Shown: positions 16,162 through 28,256 of the stretch, piece by piece
Layout of the letters: each line of letters begins with the position of its first letter
Numbering within the stretch: position 1 is the stretch's first letter
Assembly: GCA_951406725.2 (NCBI GenBank)
Contig: OX597826.1
Coordinates: 8,866,001-8,930,000, forward strand
Length of the DNA stretch: 64,000 nucleotides
Origin: Octopus vulgaris
Lineage: Eukaryota
Direction of reading: 5' to 3'
Position numbers and translations under genes: made by a program
The notes under the pieces: model-generated
What the model was told of the DNA's origin: nothing
Databases searched by the model: none
Seen by the model: only the letters and a program-made list of their open reading frames with translations

Positions 16162-16398
16162 TGGATATTGGAAACACATGTGTTCACCAATGGAAACCAG
16201 GTGAATCAGAAAAGGAAGACCGACACCCCATGTTCTTTACAGAGGCTCCGTGACTTGTGGCGAGATCTCATCTACTTCGATCATTCGGTCGAGATCTCAC
16301 CACAAGTCACGGAGCCTCTGTAAAGAACATGAGGTGTCGGTCTTCCGTATCTGATTCACCGAGGTTTCATTGGTGAACACATGTGTTTCCAATATCCA
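16162..16398. mobile_element. Foldback/MITE-like hairpin element
   Basis: ~107 bp near-perfect inverted arms (TGGATATTGGAAACACATG...) with a 21 bp spacer. Confidence 0.8.
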
Positions 16399-17369
16399 TT
16401 TATGCACAACAGAGTATAAAATACAACTGAAAGAAATTTAAACATCATAAAACTTCACTGTGGTTTGTATGAGAATGTAAACACTTTCTTTGTCTTGTGT
16501 TGAAGTATTGTAAAAAGCGAAGAGTCTCGTGACTGATCAGTTTATAATTGCGACCACTCATCAGAGAAAATGTACTCGGCTTGCTTCCTCAATTAAGACT
16601 ATAAATCAGTTTCTTATTAAGCAATCACGAATTAGACTAGTACCATGAATGATAGTCTTATTTGCATATTTCTGCTTTTCATAGTTAGTAATTAATTAAA
16701 CAAAATCTATTTCATGCACAACACTGTAAATCAGAAGAACTGGAAATAACTTTAAATAATATAAAACTTTACTGTGGGTTAAATAGGTTGTATAGATGAT
16801 ATGCATGAAATAAAGAAGGCGGGTGTGTCTTGGTGAACCTCAGAGATGTATCCGGCTTTTAGTAACCTAGATCAGTTGCTTATTGGAGCAAACCTAGTCT
16901 TCAAAGCCAAGTGGTGAAAACAGCGAATATGCTCCGACTTTATCAGATCTCCTCAGCCAAGTTAATTCTTTTGAGTTAGAGAAAACAGGGGATATCAGCA
17001 TATGTATAGAGACAAAGTAATGATGCTGATTATTAATATCAACAATGTGGTTGAAAGAAAGTACCTCAAGGGGAATGTTGTGTATACTTAACAGAAATAT
17101 AATTAGTTTTTTCATGTATGTAAAACAGTGTGTTGAAAAACTTCAATCAGCTGAAATTACCCGAACAATTTGTAACACAGCTATTCCCTGTCGGTGGTGT
17201 TTCATGTCTAAAACCTATAACTAAGGGAGATAGCTTCCATAAGGCATTTGTTTATATATAATAGTGCAAGATTAAAATTATATATTTTTCCAACTCACTT
17301 GCTAATGAGCGTTATATATATGTATGTAAGTATATGTGCGTGTGTATGTGTCAGGGAGTGTGTGTGTGT

Positions 17370-18010
17370 GTTTTAGATCGATAAAATAAATACCAGTTCA
17401 ACATTGGGATCGCTGTAACCGAGTTACCCCTTCTCGTTAAAATAGCTGGCTTTCTGCTTGAATTTGAAACCACTGGCAGAATTGTTAGAGTGCCTGTAGC
17501 ATTTCTTTTAGCTCTTTGCGTTACCGAGGTGGAATTTCTGGCCTTGTGCCTATAGTACAAAGGATTATTATCATTATTATTATTATTATTGTTATTATTA
17601 TTATTATCATCATCATCATCATTATTAAGGTGGCAAGTTAGCAGAAGCGTTAGCACACTGGGTAAAAGTGCTTCGCGGCATTTCGTCCGTCTTTACATTC
17701 TAAGTTCAAATTCCACCGAAGTTGACTTTACCTTTCATACTTTCGTGGTCGATAAATTAAGTACCAGTCAAGCACTGAGGTCGATATAATCGATAATCTC
17801 CCTCTCCAAAAATTTCACGCTTAATGCCTATAGTGGAAAGGATTATTATCATTGTTATGGCAAGCTGGCAGAATCGGTAGAGCGTCGCGAAAAAGAGCTC
17901 TGCGGTATTCTGGCCCTTTATGTTCAAAATCGTAGTCAAGAAGTGCAATCGATGCATCAATGCTATCGACTTATCCTCTTCCCACATAATTACTGACCTT
18001 GTTCTTAAAT
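17370..18010. mobile_element. Cluster of degenerate SINE family B copies separated by (ATT)n
   Basis: AGCTGGCAGAATCG..GTTCAAATTCC..GACTTT..CTTTCAT..GGTCGATAAA..GTACCAG motifs. Confidence 0.75.
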
Positions 18011-18084
18011 CTCTCTTAACGTTCATTGAAAATCCCTATGTCAGAAAAAAAGCTTGAGATTTATATATGTATATATATATATAT

Positions 18085-18726
18085 ATAATTTATAAAAATA
18101 TGGTAAAGTAAAAGAATTCACTTTACCACACACCGAACTTTTCCGAAATAGCAGCCAAAAACTTGGCTATTTCTTCAACTGCAAATAAAAGTCTCCAGAC
18201 AATGTATACTCAGAAAAATAACTCACATAGGAATAAGGGAAAAACAATGAAAGATCACATCCATATACGATACCCGAGGACAGTCTGTTTCTGGATTTGT
18301 GGGTAAAACGCCACTTTTCCTTCATCAGCTCAGAGATTTCTTTTGATTTAGATTTGAAAATACTAAGAATCAAACATACCCGTCCGATATCTGTAACATC
18401 GGACAAACTATGCCAGACATCCAGTACTAGCGAATCCAAAAATACGAATGAGATCTATTATTCTCCCTGTCCGCCCACGTGAGTCATAGAGCATTCTATT
18501 TCTACAGAGGTAAAAACTGCAGTTTAAATTCTTGGAGAGAAAGCATTATATTGTTATGAGAAGTGATCTTTCATTGTTTTTCCCTTATTCCTATGTGAGT
18601 TATTTTTCTGAGTATACATTGTCTGGAGACTTTTATTTGCAGTTGAAGAAATAGCCAAGTTTTTGGCTGCTATTTCGGAAAAGTTCGGTGTGTGGTAAAG
18701 TGAATTCTTTACTTTACCATATTTTT

Positions 18727-18735
<9 letters not shown>
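18085..18735 (-). mobile_element. Hammerhead-containing element with ~174 bp inverted terminal repeat in (TA)n
   Basis: 18085-18258 is the reverse complement of 18563-18735 (one 1-bp indel noted); hammerhead at 18273-18334. Confidence 0.85.
18273..18334 (-). ncRNA. Type I hammerhead ribozyme (canonical core)
   Basis: Minus strand CTGAG-CTGATGA-A-GGA..TCC-A-GAAA-CAG-A-CTG-TC/CTCGG; GUC cleavage triplet. Confidence 0.8.
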
Positions 18736-18767
<32 letters not shown>

Positions 18768-19310
18768 GAGATCCCCTTCGGTCATGACTGACCATGGGAT
18801 TGCACCTAGGAAGTTACCCTTCCAGGCACAAGTCCGGGCAAGGTTGTTTTATGGAAGACCAGCAGTCGCCCATGCATGCCAGCCTCCCCTCTCCACGCCA
18901 CCGATGTTATCCAACGGAAAGGCAAAGGGGCCGATACAGCTTGGTACTTTGACGTCGCAACTCATTTCTACAGCTGAGTGAACTGGAGCAACGTGAAATG
19001 AAGTGTCTTGCTCAAGAACATAACACGCAACCCGGTCCGGAATTCAAGTTCACAACCTCACGATCGTAGGATCGTAAGTTCAGTTCCCAGCGACGCGTTG
19101 TGTTCTTGAGCAAGACACTTTATTTCACATTGCTTCAGTCCGCTAAGCTGGTAAGAAGGAACTGTACCTGCATTTCAAAGGGGCCAGCCTGTCTGTGTCA
19201 CGCTGAATCGGCCCGAGAACTACGTTGAGGGTACACGTGTCTGTGAAGTGCTCACTCGCACGTTAATATCCCGAGCAGGCTGTTCCGTTGATCGTAACCG
19301 ACGGAGAGCC
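18768..19310. mobile_element. Two CORE-like SINEs (family C head) fused head-to-head: - strand 18768-19068, + strand 19070-19310
   Basis: GTGTTCTTGAGCAAGACACTT..TTTCAC.TTGCT.CAGT core on both strands; junction CACGATCGTAGGATCGTAAG. Confidence 0.75.
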
Positions 19311-19423
19311 ATAGATATATATATATATATATATTCGGAGCTTTCTATCGTCAGTCGAGTTCCCGATCATCCCTGCAGTTTCGCCGGTTAGTTGAAAGGC
19401 ACCTGTTGTTTTATTTGTAATTC

Positions 19424-19653
19424 TTTTCTTTTATTCTTTTATTTGTTTCAGTCATTTGACTGTGGCCATGCTGGAGCACCACCTTTGGGCGACCAAATCG
19501 ACCCCCAGGACTTATTCTTTGTAAGCCTAGAACTTATTCTATCGGTCTTTTTTGTCGAACCGCTAAGTTACGGGGACGTAAACACACCAGCATCGGTTGT
19601 CAAGCGATGTTGGAGGGGACAGACACAAACACACACACACACATACACACACA

Positions 19654-19718
<65 letters not shown>

Positions 19719-19845
19719 GACTGGCTTTTTTCAGTTTCCGTCTACCAAATCCACTCACAAGGCTTTGGTCGGCCCCAGGCTATAGCAAAAGACACTTGCC
19801 CAAGGTGCCACACACCTGAATCCGGAACCATGTGGTATGGCAGCC
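19424..19845 (-). mobile_element. SINE family A
   Basis: Reverse complement of family A with central (AT)n. Confidence 0.9.
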
Positions 19846-19846
19846 T

Positions 19847-20112
19847 GTGTAGTATTTCTCCTTTTTTTTTCGTCCTTGTTTTCGCATACATTCGCTTGCT
19901 TTCTTCCAAAGAATCTAGTGCTTTTAGCTTAGATTTTGTTGCTTAGATTGGAGCAGCCTCGAGTGTAACCGGCCGAAACTGCAGGAATGATCTGGAACTC
20001 GACTGACTATATAAAAGCTCCTAATGACCCGTCCTCGTTTTTTCCTGTCCTTCTTTGTATCGGCTAACTGTCCGGATGTTTTGTTGTCGCCTGTTACGTT
20101 CTGCTTCCATTT
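19847..20112 (+). mobile_element. Short interspersed repeat family P (Penelope-terminus-like); other copies 19335-19392(-), 47455-47620, 47888-48210, 49905-50015(-), 57505-57680, 62398-62510
   Basis: Shared GCCGAAA(C/T)TGC..GATCYGG..GACTGANGA..GAATGACCCGTCC..GATGTTTTG motif, adjacent to (TA)n. Confidence 0.7.
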
Positions 20113-20403
20113 ATATATATATGCGAATTCTAGCTTAGTTAAAATATATTTGTGACATATTTCAACTTCTAAAGGTAAATTCCCTGCAGTTAAAGTGGAG
20201 TAGTACAATTATATATATAGAATATATATAGGAGTGGCTCTGTGGTAAGTAGCTTGCTTCCATACCACATGGTTCCGGGTTCAGTCCCACTGCGTGGCAC
20301 CTTGGACAAGTAAATTCTACTATAGCCTCGGGCCGACCAAAGCCTTGTGAGTGGATTTGGTAGACGGAAACTGAAAGAAGCCCGTCGTATATATGTATAT
20401 GTA

Positions 20404-21694
20404 CGAGGGACGTTCAGTAAGTAATGCCCCTGACCCACTTGTTGTTGTTTGATCTTGCTGAAATTTTGCATGTGCAATTATTCATATCTTTATAGATTAC
20501 GTGGCAAATTACAGCTCTGAACTAATTGTGGTTTCTGATTTACAGGTGTTTGAACTGAGTCAAGTGTGAAATGGAGCCTGTTGAGTGTCGAGCAGTGATC
20601 CGGGTTTTGTATTTGAAAGGACGCACACCACGGGAGACTTTTGATGAAATGAAAGTAACTTATGATAATGATGCCCCATCATATGACCTCGTAAAACGCT
20701 GGCATCGTGAATTCAAACATGGTCGGAACTCTGTGGAAACAGCCCCCAGAGCTGGTCACCCTCCTTCTGCCATTGATGAGGCATCTGTCCGTCAAGTTGA
20801 GGATGCCATTTTGGAAGATCGACGCATAACTATTCGCCAAATAGCCCATGAGGTCAAGATTAGTACCGGGTCTGTGGAAACTATCATTCATGACCATTTG
20901 CATATGCAAAAGGTGTCTGCCAGATGGATTCCCATGTTGCTCGCACCTTTCCAGAAGCAAGAACGCGTCGAGTGCTCGAGGATGAATTTGGAGATGTGCC
21001 AAGAAGATGAGTCAAAATTTTTCAAAAGTCTGATTACACAGGATGAAACCTGGGTCCATCACCATGATCCAGAGACCAAAGCCCAGTCAAGGCAGTGGAA
21101 ACACCGTAACTCACCTCCTCCAAAGAAGGCAAGGGTGCAGCCCTCCGCTGGCAAGGTCATGCTTACAGTCTTCTGGGACCAGGACGGAGTAGTGAAGACA
21201 GATTTCCTGGCAAAGGGTACCACAATTACAGGTGTCTATTATGCTTCACTTTTGAGGAAATTAAGAGAAGCTATCAAAATCAAGAGGCGTGCAAGATCAG
21301 CAAAGGCATCCTCCTCCTGCAGGACAACGCTCCGGTCCACAACTCGATGGTCGCCAGATCAGAAGCACAGGCGTATGGCTATGAACTCCTCCCCCAAACT
21401 CCTACTCTCCTGACCTTGCACCCTCGGATTTTCACCTCTTCCCAGCCATGAAGTTGTTTTTGAAAGGAAAGCGTTTCCCAGATGATGCAGCCTTGATTTC
21501 TGAAGTCACGTCGTGGTTGGAGGACCAAGCTAGGGTCTTCTACAAAAACGGTCTCTAGAGCTGCATCAAACGATGGGAGAAATGCGTAACTCTGGGTGGT
21601 TCCTATGTAGGAAAAGACTAATAACTGTGCCAAGTGTCGTTGCTCTACTGCTATGGGAAGTGGGTCAGGGGCATTACTTATTGAATGCCCCTCG
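20404..21694 (+). mobile_element. Mariner DNA transposon (DD34D), full length 1291 bp
   Basis: TIRs CGAGGGACGTTCAGTAAGTAATGCCCCTGACCCACTT / AAGTGGGTCAGGGGCATTACTTATTGAATGCCCCTCG; TA duplication. Confidence 0.96.
20571..21621 (+). pseudogene. Mariner transposase, frameshifted (~21290) with premature TAG (~21556)
   Basis: HTH region, WIPMLL, QDETW, then shifted frame QDNAPVH..YSPDLAPSDF (34 residues between 2nd and 3rd D); natural stop 21619-21621. Confidence 0.93.
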
Positions 21695-22003
21695 TATGCG
21701 TGCGTGTGTTTGTCCCCCTAGTATTGCTTGACAACCGATGCTGGTGTGTTTATGTCCCCGTTACTTAGCGGTTCGGCAAAAGAGACCGATAGAATAAGTA
21801 CTGGGCTTACAAAAGAATAAATCCCGGGGTCGAGTTGCTCGATTAAAGGCGGTGCTCCAGCATGGCCGCAGTCAAACGACTGAAGCAAGTAAGAGAGTAA
21901 AAGAGTAAGAGTAAAGATATATATAAGTATGTATGTATGTATGTATGTATGTATGTATGTATGTATGTATATACATGAGAGAGAGAGAGAAAGAGTGATT
22001 CAC

Positions 22004-22091
<88 letters not shown>

Positions 22092-22681
22092 ATATATGTG
22101 TGTGTTTGTTTGTCACTGGATGAGCCATGTTCATCCAATCATTTTCTAAGTGCAGCGATTCAAGACACTTAATGTGGTTTAAAAGGATGGAAGGTGGCTG
22201 CTGTTTCTAGCATTATGAGCAACCCGTGTTGAGACTTCCTCTTCAGTTCGTGGTCTAAAATCTCTACTAAAGAATCTTGTGGTTAAATCTCATAACTAGT
22301 ATCGTACATTACCTAGTAGGGGACACTAAGCTGCTCGTGCCTAGTCTAAAACTTAACAAAGAGAAACTAGCAAAAACGAAAATTTCAGTGGTTGGAAGTC
22401 GATTTTACTTCATCTTACTGAAAGCAGCATGAACAATATTCGAATATGAAATAATGAATTGAAATGATTCATTTAAATTAAAATTCCAAATGAGTCATTA
22501 GACGAGATGAGAGAATTGTTAAAGACTCGAAAAAAATACCTCGTGAATTCAGATCCATCCGAGATTAAATTTGTTTTTCCTCCCTCTGAGGGTTTTAAAA
22601 TAAGGTCCCGGTTAAGTACTGGGGACTCCTGTATTTAACTTAAAAATTACTGGCCTTGTATCTAAATGCCAAGCCATTAAT

Positions 22682-23091
22682 ACTCTTTTACTTGCTTCAG
22701 TCATTTGACTGCGGCCATGCTGGAGCACCGCCTTTAGTCGAGCAAATCGACCCCGGGACTTATTCTTTGTAAGCCCAGTATTTATTCTATCGGTCTCTTT
22801 TTGCCGAACCGCTAAGTGACGGGGACGTAAACACACCAGCATCAGTTGTCAAACAATGCTAGGGGGACAAACACAGACACACAAACACACACACATATAC
22901 ATATATATATACATATACATATATACGACAGGCTTCTTTCAGTTTCCGTGTACCAAATCCACTCACAAGGCATTGGTCGGCCCGGGGCTATAGCAGAAGA
23001 CACTTGCCCAAGATGCCACGCAGAGGGAATGAACCCAGAACCATGTGGTTGGTTAGCAAGCTACGTACCACACAGCCACTCCTGCGCCTAT
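22682..23091 (-). mobile_element. SINE family A
   Basis: Full reverse-complement copy ending ..ACAGCCACTCCTGCGCCTA. Confidence 0.9.
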
Positions 23092-23206
23092 AAGATAAGT
23101 TCTTCACATTCTTGTTGTTGAAAACTCTTTTAATATTCAATTCAAATTAGCATTATGTTTGCATCCAATTGTTCTTTTTTCTTTGTTATTGAATATTTAG
23201 ACACAT

Positions 23207-23280
23207 CAATCCGGATTCGAACTAGGAACCTCTATTTTCTAAATAAAAGGTGGCCGCGTTCTTATCCACCAGGCCACTGA
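23207..23280 (-). other. tRNA-derived Pol III head (pseudogene or SINE remnant)
   Basis: A box TGGCCTGGTGG and B box AGTTCGAATCC; no complete cloverleaf. Confidence 0.5.
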
Positions 23281-24687
23281 ATGAGTCAGTAATCCAGTGG
23301 GAATGAACAAACATATGTAAACGATAGCGTTGATATAACTATTTCTTTTAAGTGCAAACATTTTTTTTTTATTGTTGTCCCTAAACATAAAACCATAAAC
23401 CTGAAAAATAAATTATGATTTTATTCGTTCATTTTACATAGCTTCAAAATTTTAATTTTATTCATTCATTTTACATAACTCAACACAAACTGACATTTGC
23501 TACCTTTAAATGTCTAAGGCGCTGGTTAATGAGTAAAGGTGAGAGGTATAAGAAATGCGGTCGAAAGCAGCAAGATATTTCTCCATTAGCCTTTCTGCAT
23601 GTAGTCAGCCTCTTTCGAAGCATCTAGTTGCGCGCAGTTAATTATGCCAGCTCTCATCTTAATTGGCAACGACTATAGTATTGTTAAAATGCTTTTACTG
23701 AAGGTTAAACACAGACGCAACACTGCAAATTAGGGAATTACTCATCGACAAATGCAATACCTTGGCTTGCCTTCACTAATAACCGCACCCACTCTAAGTA
23801 AGATCTTTATTGTCAGATATTACTTGCCGTCAATATATTCGAACTTAGAAACAAATCATTAAATATATATGTATGCAATGCTGTGTCATTAAATCTAGTG
23901 AAAATAGCAAGAGTTACAGATTTCAAGGGAAAATACTTATGATTAGGTTATCTCCCTTGAGTTATTATTATTACAGCTTCTATGAGTAATATTTTGTTCA
24001 ACGTTGCAAAATTCTGTTGCATTTTATTAAGGTGAGTATATATATTAGTTAAAAAGTAAATAAATGCCTAGTAATTAAATAATTAAAAAAAAAATTCTAT
24101 CAAGTAAAAGATGTTTCATAATATGTTTCAACGAATTCTGCTATTTTTAATACTTATGATATTTCATAGTCCAATAATTTATAATTATTTCCCTTAGATA
24201 TTACATATTTTTATTATTATTATCTCCCTTGCATAATTTAACCTTTATTTTTCTAACAGATCTTTCAAGTCTTGTATGTACCTCGACACTTAGGCACGAG
24301 TATCTGAAATGAATGCTCCCTTCTTCACGTTTTTTTCTTTAATTTCAAGTCGGAATTCACTCCAATGGCTGCTCGAAAAAAATTATCCATAGCTATAATG
24401 CCTCTCTTGCAAGTTAAGGTGATGGTAAAACCGCACTGAAAAAATAACTTTAAAACTATGCACTTCAGTTTACTAATTATGTAATGCTAACGATTTGCAG
24501 CATACTCCCCTTCTACATTATAGAAGTTCTTAAACGTAATGGCTTAGCTGGTCGAAACTTCGAAGTCACTGCCAAATATATTCTTGTATGAGAATAATAA
24601 ATTTGTACTCAACAAAATTATAGAGTAACCCATCAGAGTATTGTAAAACTGTTTTTTACTATTACTGATCATAAAAACAAACATATA

Positions 24688-24768
<81 letters not shown>

Positions 24769-25264
24769 GTATGTACGTATGTATGTATATATGCATGCAT
24801 GCATGTATGTATGTATATATGTACGTATGTATGTGAGTAAACAAAAGAAAGTATTATTCAACACATATAGGATCGTATCTATTTAATAAGTTTCACTTGT
24901 CTCCACATTACTTAAAAGTCTTGTGGACGTAGAATAAGTAACCACACACACGCGTAAACACACACACATCACATCACATCACACACATATGCACGCACAT
25001 GACAGACTTCTTTATATACTAGTGTCAATGACCTCCAGGAAAAAAGTTCCCTAATCGATACACCATTTCGAATGGACAATAATGTTTTGTAGAAGAAATG
25101 GGGAAACTAAATTAATCTAGTAAAAAAAACCGAAAAGTGGAGAAATCTAGAGTCTGAAAATTGAAAACAGATTCCATCACCATGGAGTAGGTTCCTTAGA
25201 ATGATAAAAAGAGGGAAATGTGTAGCAAAATTCCAATGCTTACACAATATTTGGAATATTGGTT

Positions 25265-25410
25265 TCAAATTTTAGCACAAGGCCTGTAATTTCGACGGAA
25301 GGGTGAATTGATCACATCGACTCCTCACCTGTATTTAATTAGTACTTGTTTTATCGTTCCCAAAGGGATGAAAGGCCAAGTCGACCCCAGGGACATTAGA
25401 ACTCAGAACG
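25265..25410 (-). mobile_element. Degenerate SINE family B
   Basis: GGATGAAAGGCCAAGTCGACC..AACTCAGAACGT. Confidence 0.7.
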
Positions 25411-26505
25411 TGAAATTTTCTGTTAAACTTGGAAAGTCTGCTACAGAGACTTTGAGCACGCTTCAACAAGCTTAAGGCGATGAAGGTTGTACGCAAGGTT
25501 TCGAGGGGTACGGGTGCTTTAAAAGCGGAAGAACTTCCCTGAAAGACGGAAATGTGGTATTGTGCATCAAGAATTTGTTCCCGGGACCAAACTCTGAATC
25601 GAGAGTTCTACTGTGATGTTTTGAAACATCTGAGAGAGGACAATCGGCGAAAGTGACGGGATCGGTAGAGCACGAAAAATTGGATTCTTCATGATGGCTA
25701 TGCACCCTGTCACAGAGCTCCGCTCACTCGTGAGCTTCTCACGAAAAACATGGTATCGCTTCTCTACCCGTCCTGTTCGCCAGATTTAGCACCAGCAGAC
25801 TCTCGTCTCTTCCTCAAGATGAAAATGCAGCTCAAAGGTCGTCGTCGTTTTAACACCATTGTCGAGATCGTAGAAGGACCTCGACTCGCTTATGGAAAAC
25901 CACTTCTCAGGCCGGATTCCAAAAGCGACAGAAACGCTGAAACCGGTGTACTGTTGCGCAAGGTGACTATTTTGAAGGAGATGATATTAAAATTTAGGTA
26001 AATAATTTATTTCTTTATTAAACATAACTAGTCGTGGGAGTGGCTGTGTGGTAAGTAGGGTAAGTGTCTTCTACTATAGCCTCGGGCTGACCAACGCCTT
26101 GTGAGTGGATTTGGTAGACGAAAACTGAAAGAAACCCGTCGTATATATGTATATATATATATGTGTGTGTGTGTGTATGTATGTATGTATATATATATAT
26201 ATGTATGTATGTATGTATATATATATATGTATGTATGTATATATATATATGTATGTATGTATGTGTGTACTTACGTTTGTGTATCTGTGTTTGTCCACCC
26301 ACCATCGCTTGACAACCAATGCTGGTGTGTTTACGTCCCTGTAACTTAGCGGTTTGGCAAAAGAGACCACTAGAATAAGTACTAGGCTTACAAAGAATAA
26401 GTCCTGAGGTCGATTTGGTCGACTAAAGGCGGTGCTCCAGCATTGCCACAGTCAAATGACTGAAACAAGTACAAGAGAGTCGGGAAACTTTTTGATACAA
26501 CATAA
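25409..26505 (+). mobile_element. Old internally deleted mariner (different family) with its 3' end interrupted by a SINE
   Basis: VKLGKSATETL..FKSGRTSL..GIVHQEFVP..WILHD..SPDLAPAD..KGRR..QGDYFEGD remnants; TIR-like GTCGGGAAACTTTTTGAT resumes after the SINE. Confidence 0.8.
26035..26477 (+). mobile_element. SINE family A (head partly deleted) with putative AGTCG target duplication
   Basis: AGTCG at 26030-26034 and 26478-26482. Confidence 0.85.
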
Positions 26506-26685
26506 GGTCGGAAGAAAAGTATTTTTTCTGGGCCGTAATTATTTTGCCAGCTCGCCACCTTCAACATTTGGAATATTTCATTGATAGACAATGCACTGAT
26601 AAAAAAAAACAATACTAAAACACAAAACATTATGTATACATAAGTTATATGAAGCTGAGCTCGGCTGGGCAGTGAAAAACCACTA

Positions 26686-26823
26686 GTGGGCGCATTAGGT
26701 ATGATAAGAAAATATTCAGACAAATACGTAACAAAAACACCAGGGCTAACAAGTATATATAACATACAGAAAATAGCACTACTAGGCACCACACACATCG
26801 TCTGTAAAGTAATTTCAATACAT
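26686..26823 (+). pseudogene. R4/Dong-type ORF C-terminal fragment
   Basis: VGALGMIRKYSDKYVTKTPGLTSIYNIQKIALLGTTHIV, homologous to the 6657 and 7563 fragments. Confidence 0.7.
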
Positions 26824-26969
26824 AGTACTTATTTCATTGGTTTCTTGCGCCGAACCGCTAAGTTACGGGGACATAAACACTCCAACATTGGTTGAAAAGT
26901 GGTGGTGGTGGTGAGGGACAAATATAAACACAAAGAGACACACACACAAATATATATATATATATAAAT

Positions 26970-27666
26970 ATTTAGCAATTAAGGACAACTACTTAATAAG
27001 GAAAACTTAACAAGAAATTGTCAGGTAGATAGCGTAATAACCTCATAAGAGAAAAAATTTCGAAAATAATTATTTCTTATTGAACATATTAATTTATATA
27101 TAGAGGGCATTATACATACATGCCAGAAGGCATTATATATACATGCCAAACGCTAAGAGGGACAATTAGTCATTTCTACCAAAAATATTACTAATCCCAC
27201 CGAATGCAATTTTTCAAAGTAAGACATTTAAAAAAATATAGACCTGTATCACAGTGATTTCATACTTACGTACTCATCAGCAGGCCTTAATGCATTATAA
27301 ATAAACAACGACCCTGCCCCGCTTAAGTCGATCAGCTAACTGTTCAACATCAACGAAGCACATGGGTGAGTTTACATATATTACATCCGGTCAAATGGCA
27401 AACTTTTACGAATTGCATTTCGGGAGAGGAAAAGTTTTTTCGGAATAAAAATTTAGCAATTAAGGACAACTACTTAATAAGGAAAACTTAACAAGAAATT
27501 GTCAGGTAGATAGCGTAATAACCTCATAAGAGAAAAAATTTCGAAAATAATTATTTCTTATTGAACATATTAATTTATATATAATGACTAATTGTCCCTC
27601 TTAGCGTTTGGCATGTATATATAATGCCTTCTGGCATGTATGTATAATGCCCTCTATATATAAATT
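26970..27666 (-). mobile_element. Hammerhead element: 481 bp monomer, 133 bp direct terminal repeat and 84 bp 5' inversion
   Basis: 26970-27102 = 27451-27583; 27583-27666 = reverse complement of 27091-27174. Confidence 0.88.
27241..27286 (-). ncRNA. Type I hammerhead ribozyme (canonical core)
   Basis: GGCCTG-CTGATGA-GTAC-GTAA-GTAT-GAAA-TCA-CTG-TGA-TA/CAGGTC; GNRA loop II; AUA cleavage triplet. Confidence 0.9.
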
Positions 27667-28256
27667 TATATATATAAATATATACAACGAGCTTCTTTCA
27701 GTTTCCGTCTACTAAAGCCACTCACAAGGCTTTGGTCAGCCAGAGGCTATAGTAGAAGACACCTGCCCAAAGTGCCATGCAGTGGGGCTGAACCCGGAAC
27801 CATGTGGTTGAGAAGCAAGCTTCTTACCTCACATTCTCCTGGGAAGAGTAACAATTTTCGGTCTTCGGTTATTACTCATTTAATCAATATTTAATCCGAT
27901 AAATGACCAACCTGCAGCTCTCAAGATTTTCTAAATGGCATACCCAACGAAAAATTTACCTTGAATTCTTTTTAGCAGTGTGTTCTGCCAGATGGTGAGT
28001 CGTGTTTTATGCGGCCCACTTCCCGAAAACTGTTGTCCATGGCCACTTTATCGTTATATTCTTATAATTTTTTGTGGCAGCCATTCTCCTTCAGCAGTCT
28101 AGCATGGGATGTGGAGTGGGTACGGATCGCACATGGTAGCCACTTTAAATGCATGCATTTGATATAGACGAAGGTATGTCGTATGTAAGAAAGGGGCGGC
28201 CAAATTCTCTACCGCACATGGCAACCAAACTCCACTTTGAATTTTTACTGTATGAA

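Larger units (their letters stand above)
20229..21915 (+). mobile_element. SINE family A split by a mariner insertion
   Basis: Head 20229-20403, tail 21697-21915. Confidence 0.9.
26824..27832 (-). mobile_element. SINE family A split by a hammerhead element
   Basis: Tail 26824-26950, head 27685-27832. Confidence 0.85.

Noticed and set aside
16515-16570. Minus-strand CTGATGA-GTGG..TCAC-GAGA hammerhead-like string
   Set aside because: GAAA altered and no stem III, cleavage site or stem I
23207-23280. Functional tRNA gene
   Set aside because: A/B boxes present but no acceptor or anticodon stems; kept only as a remnant
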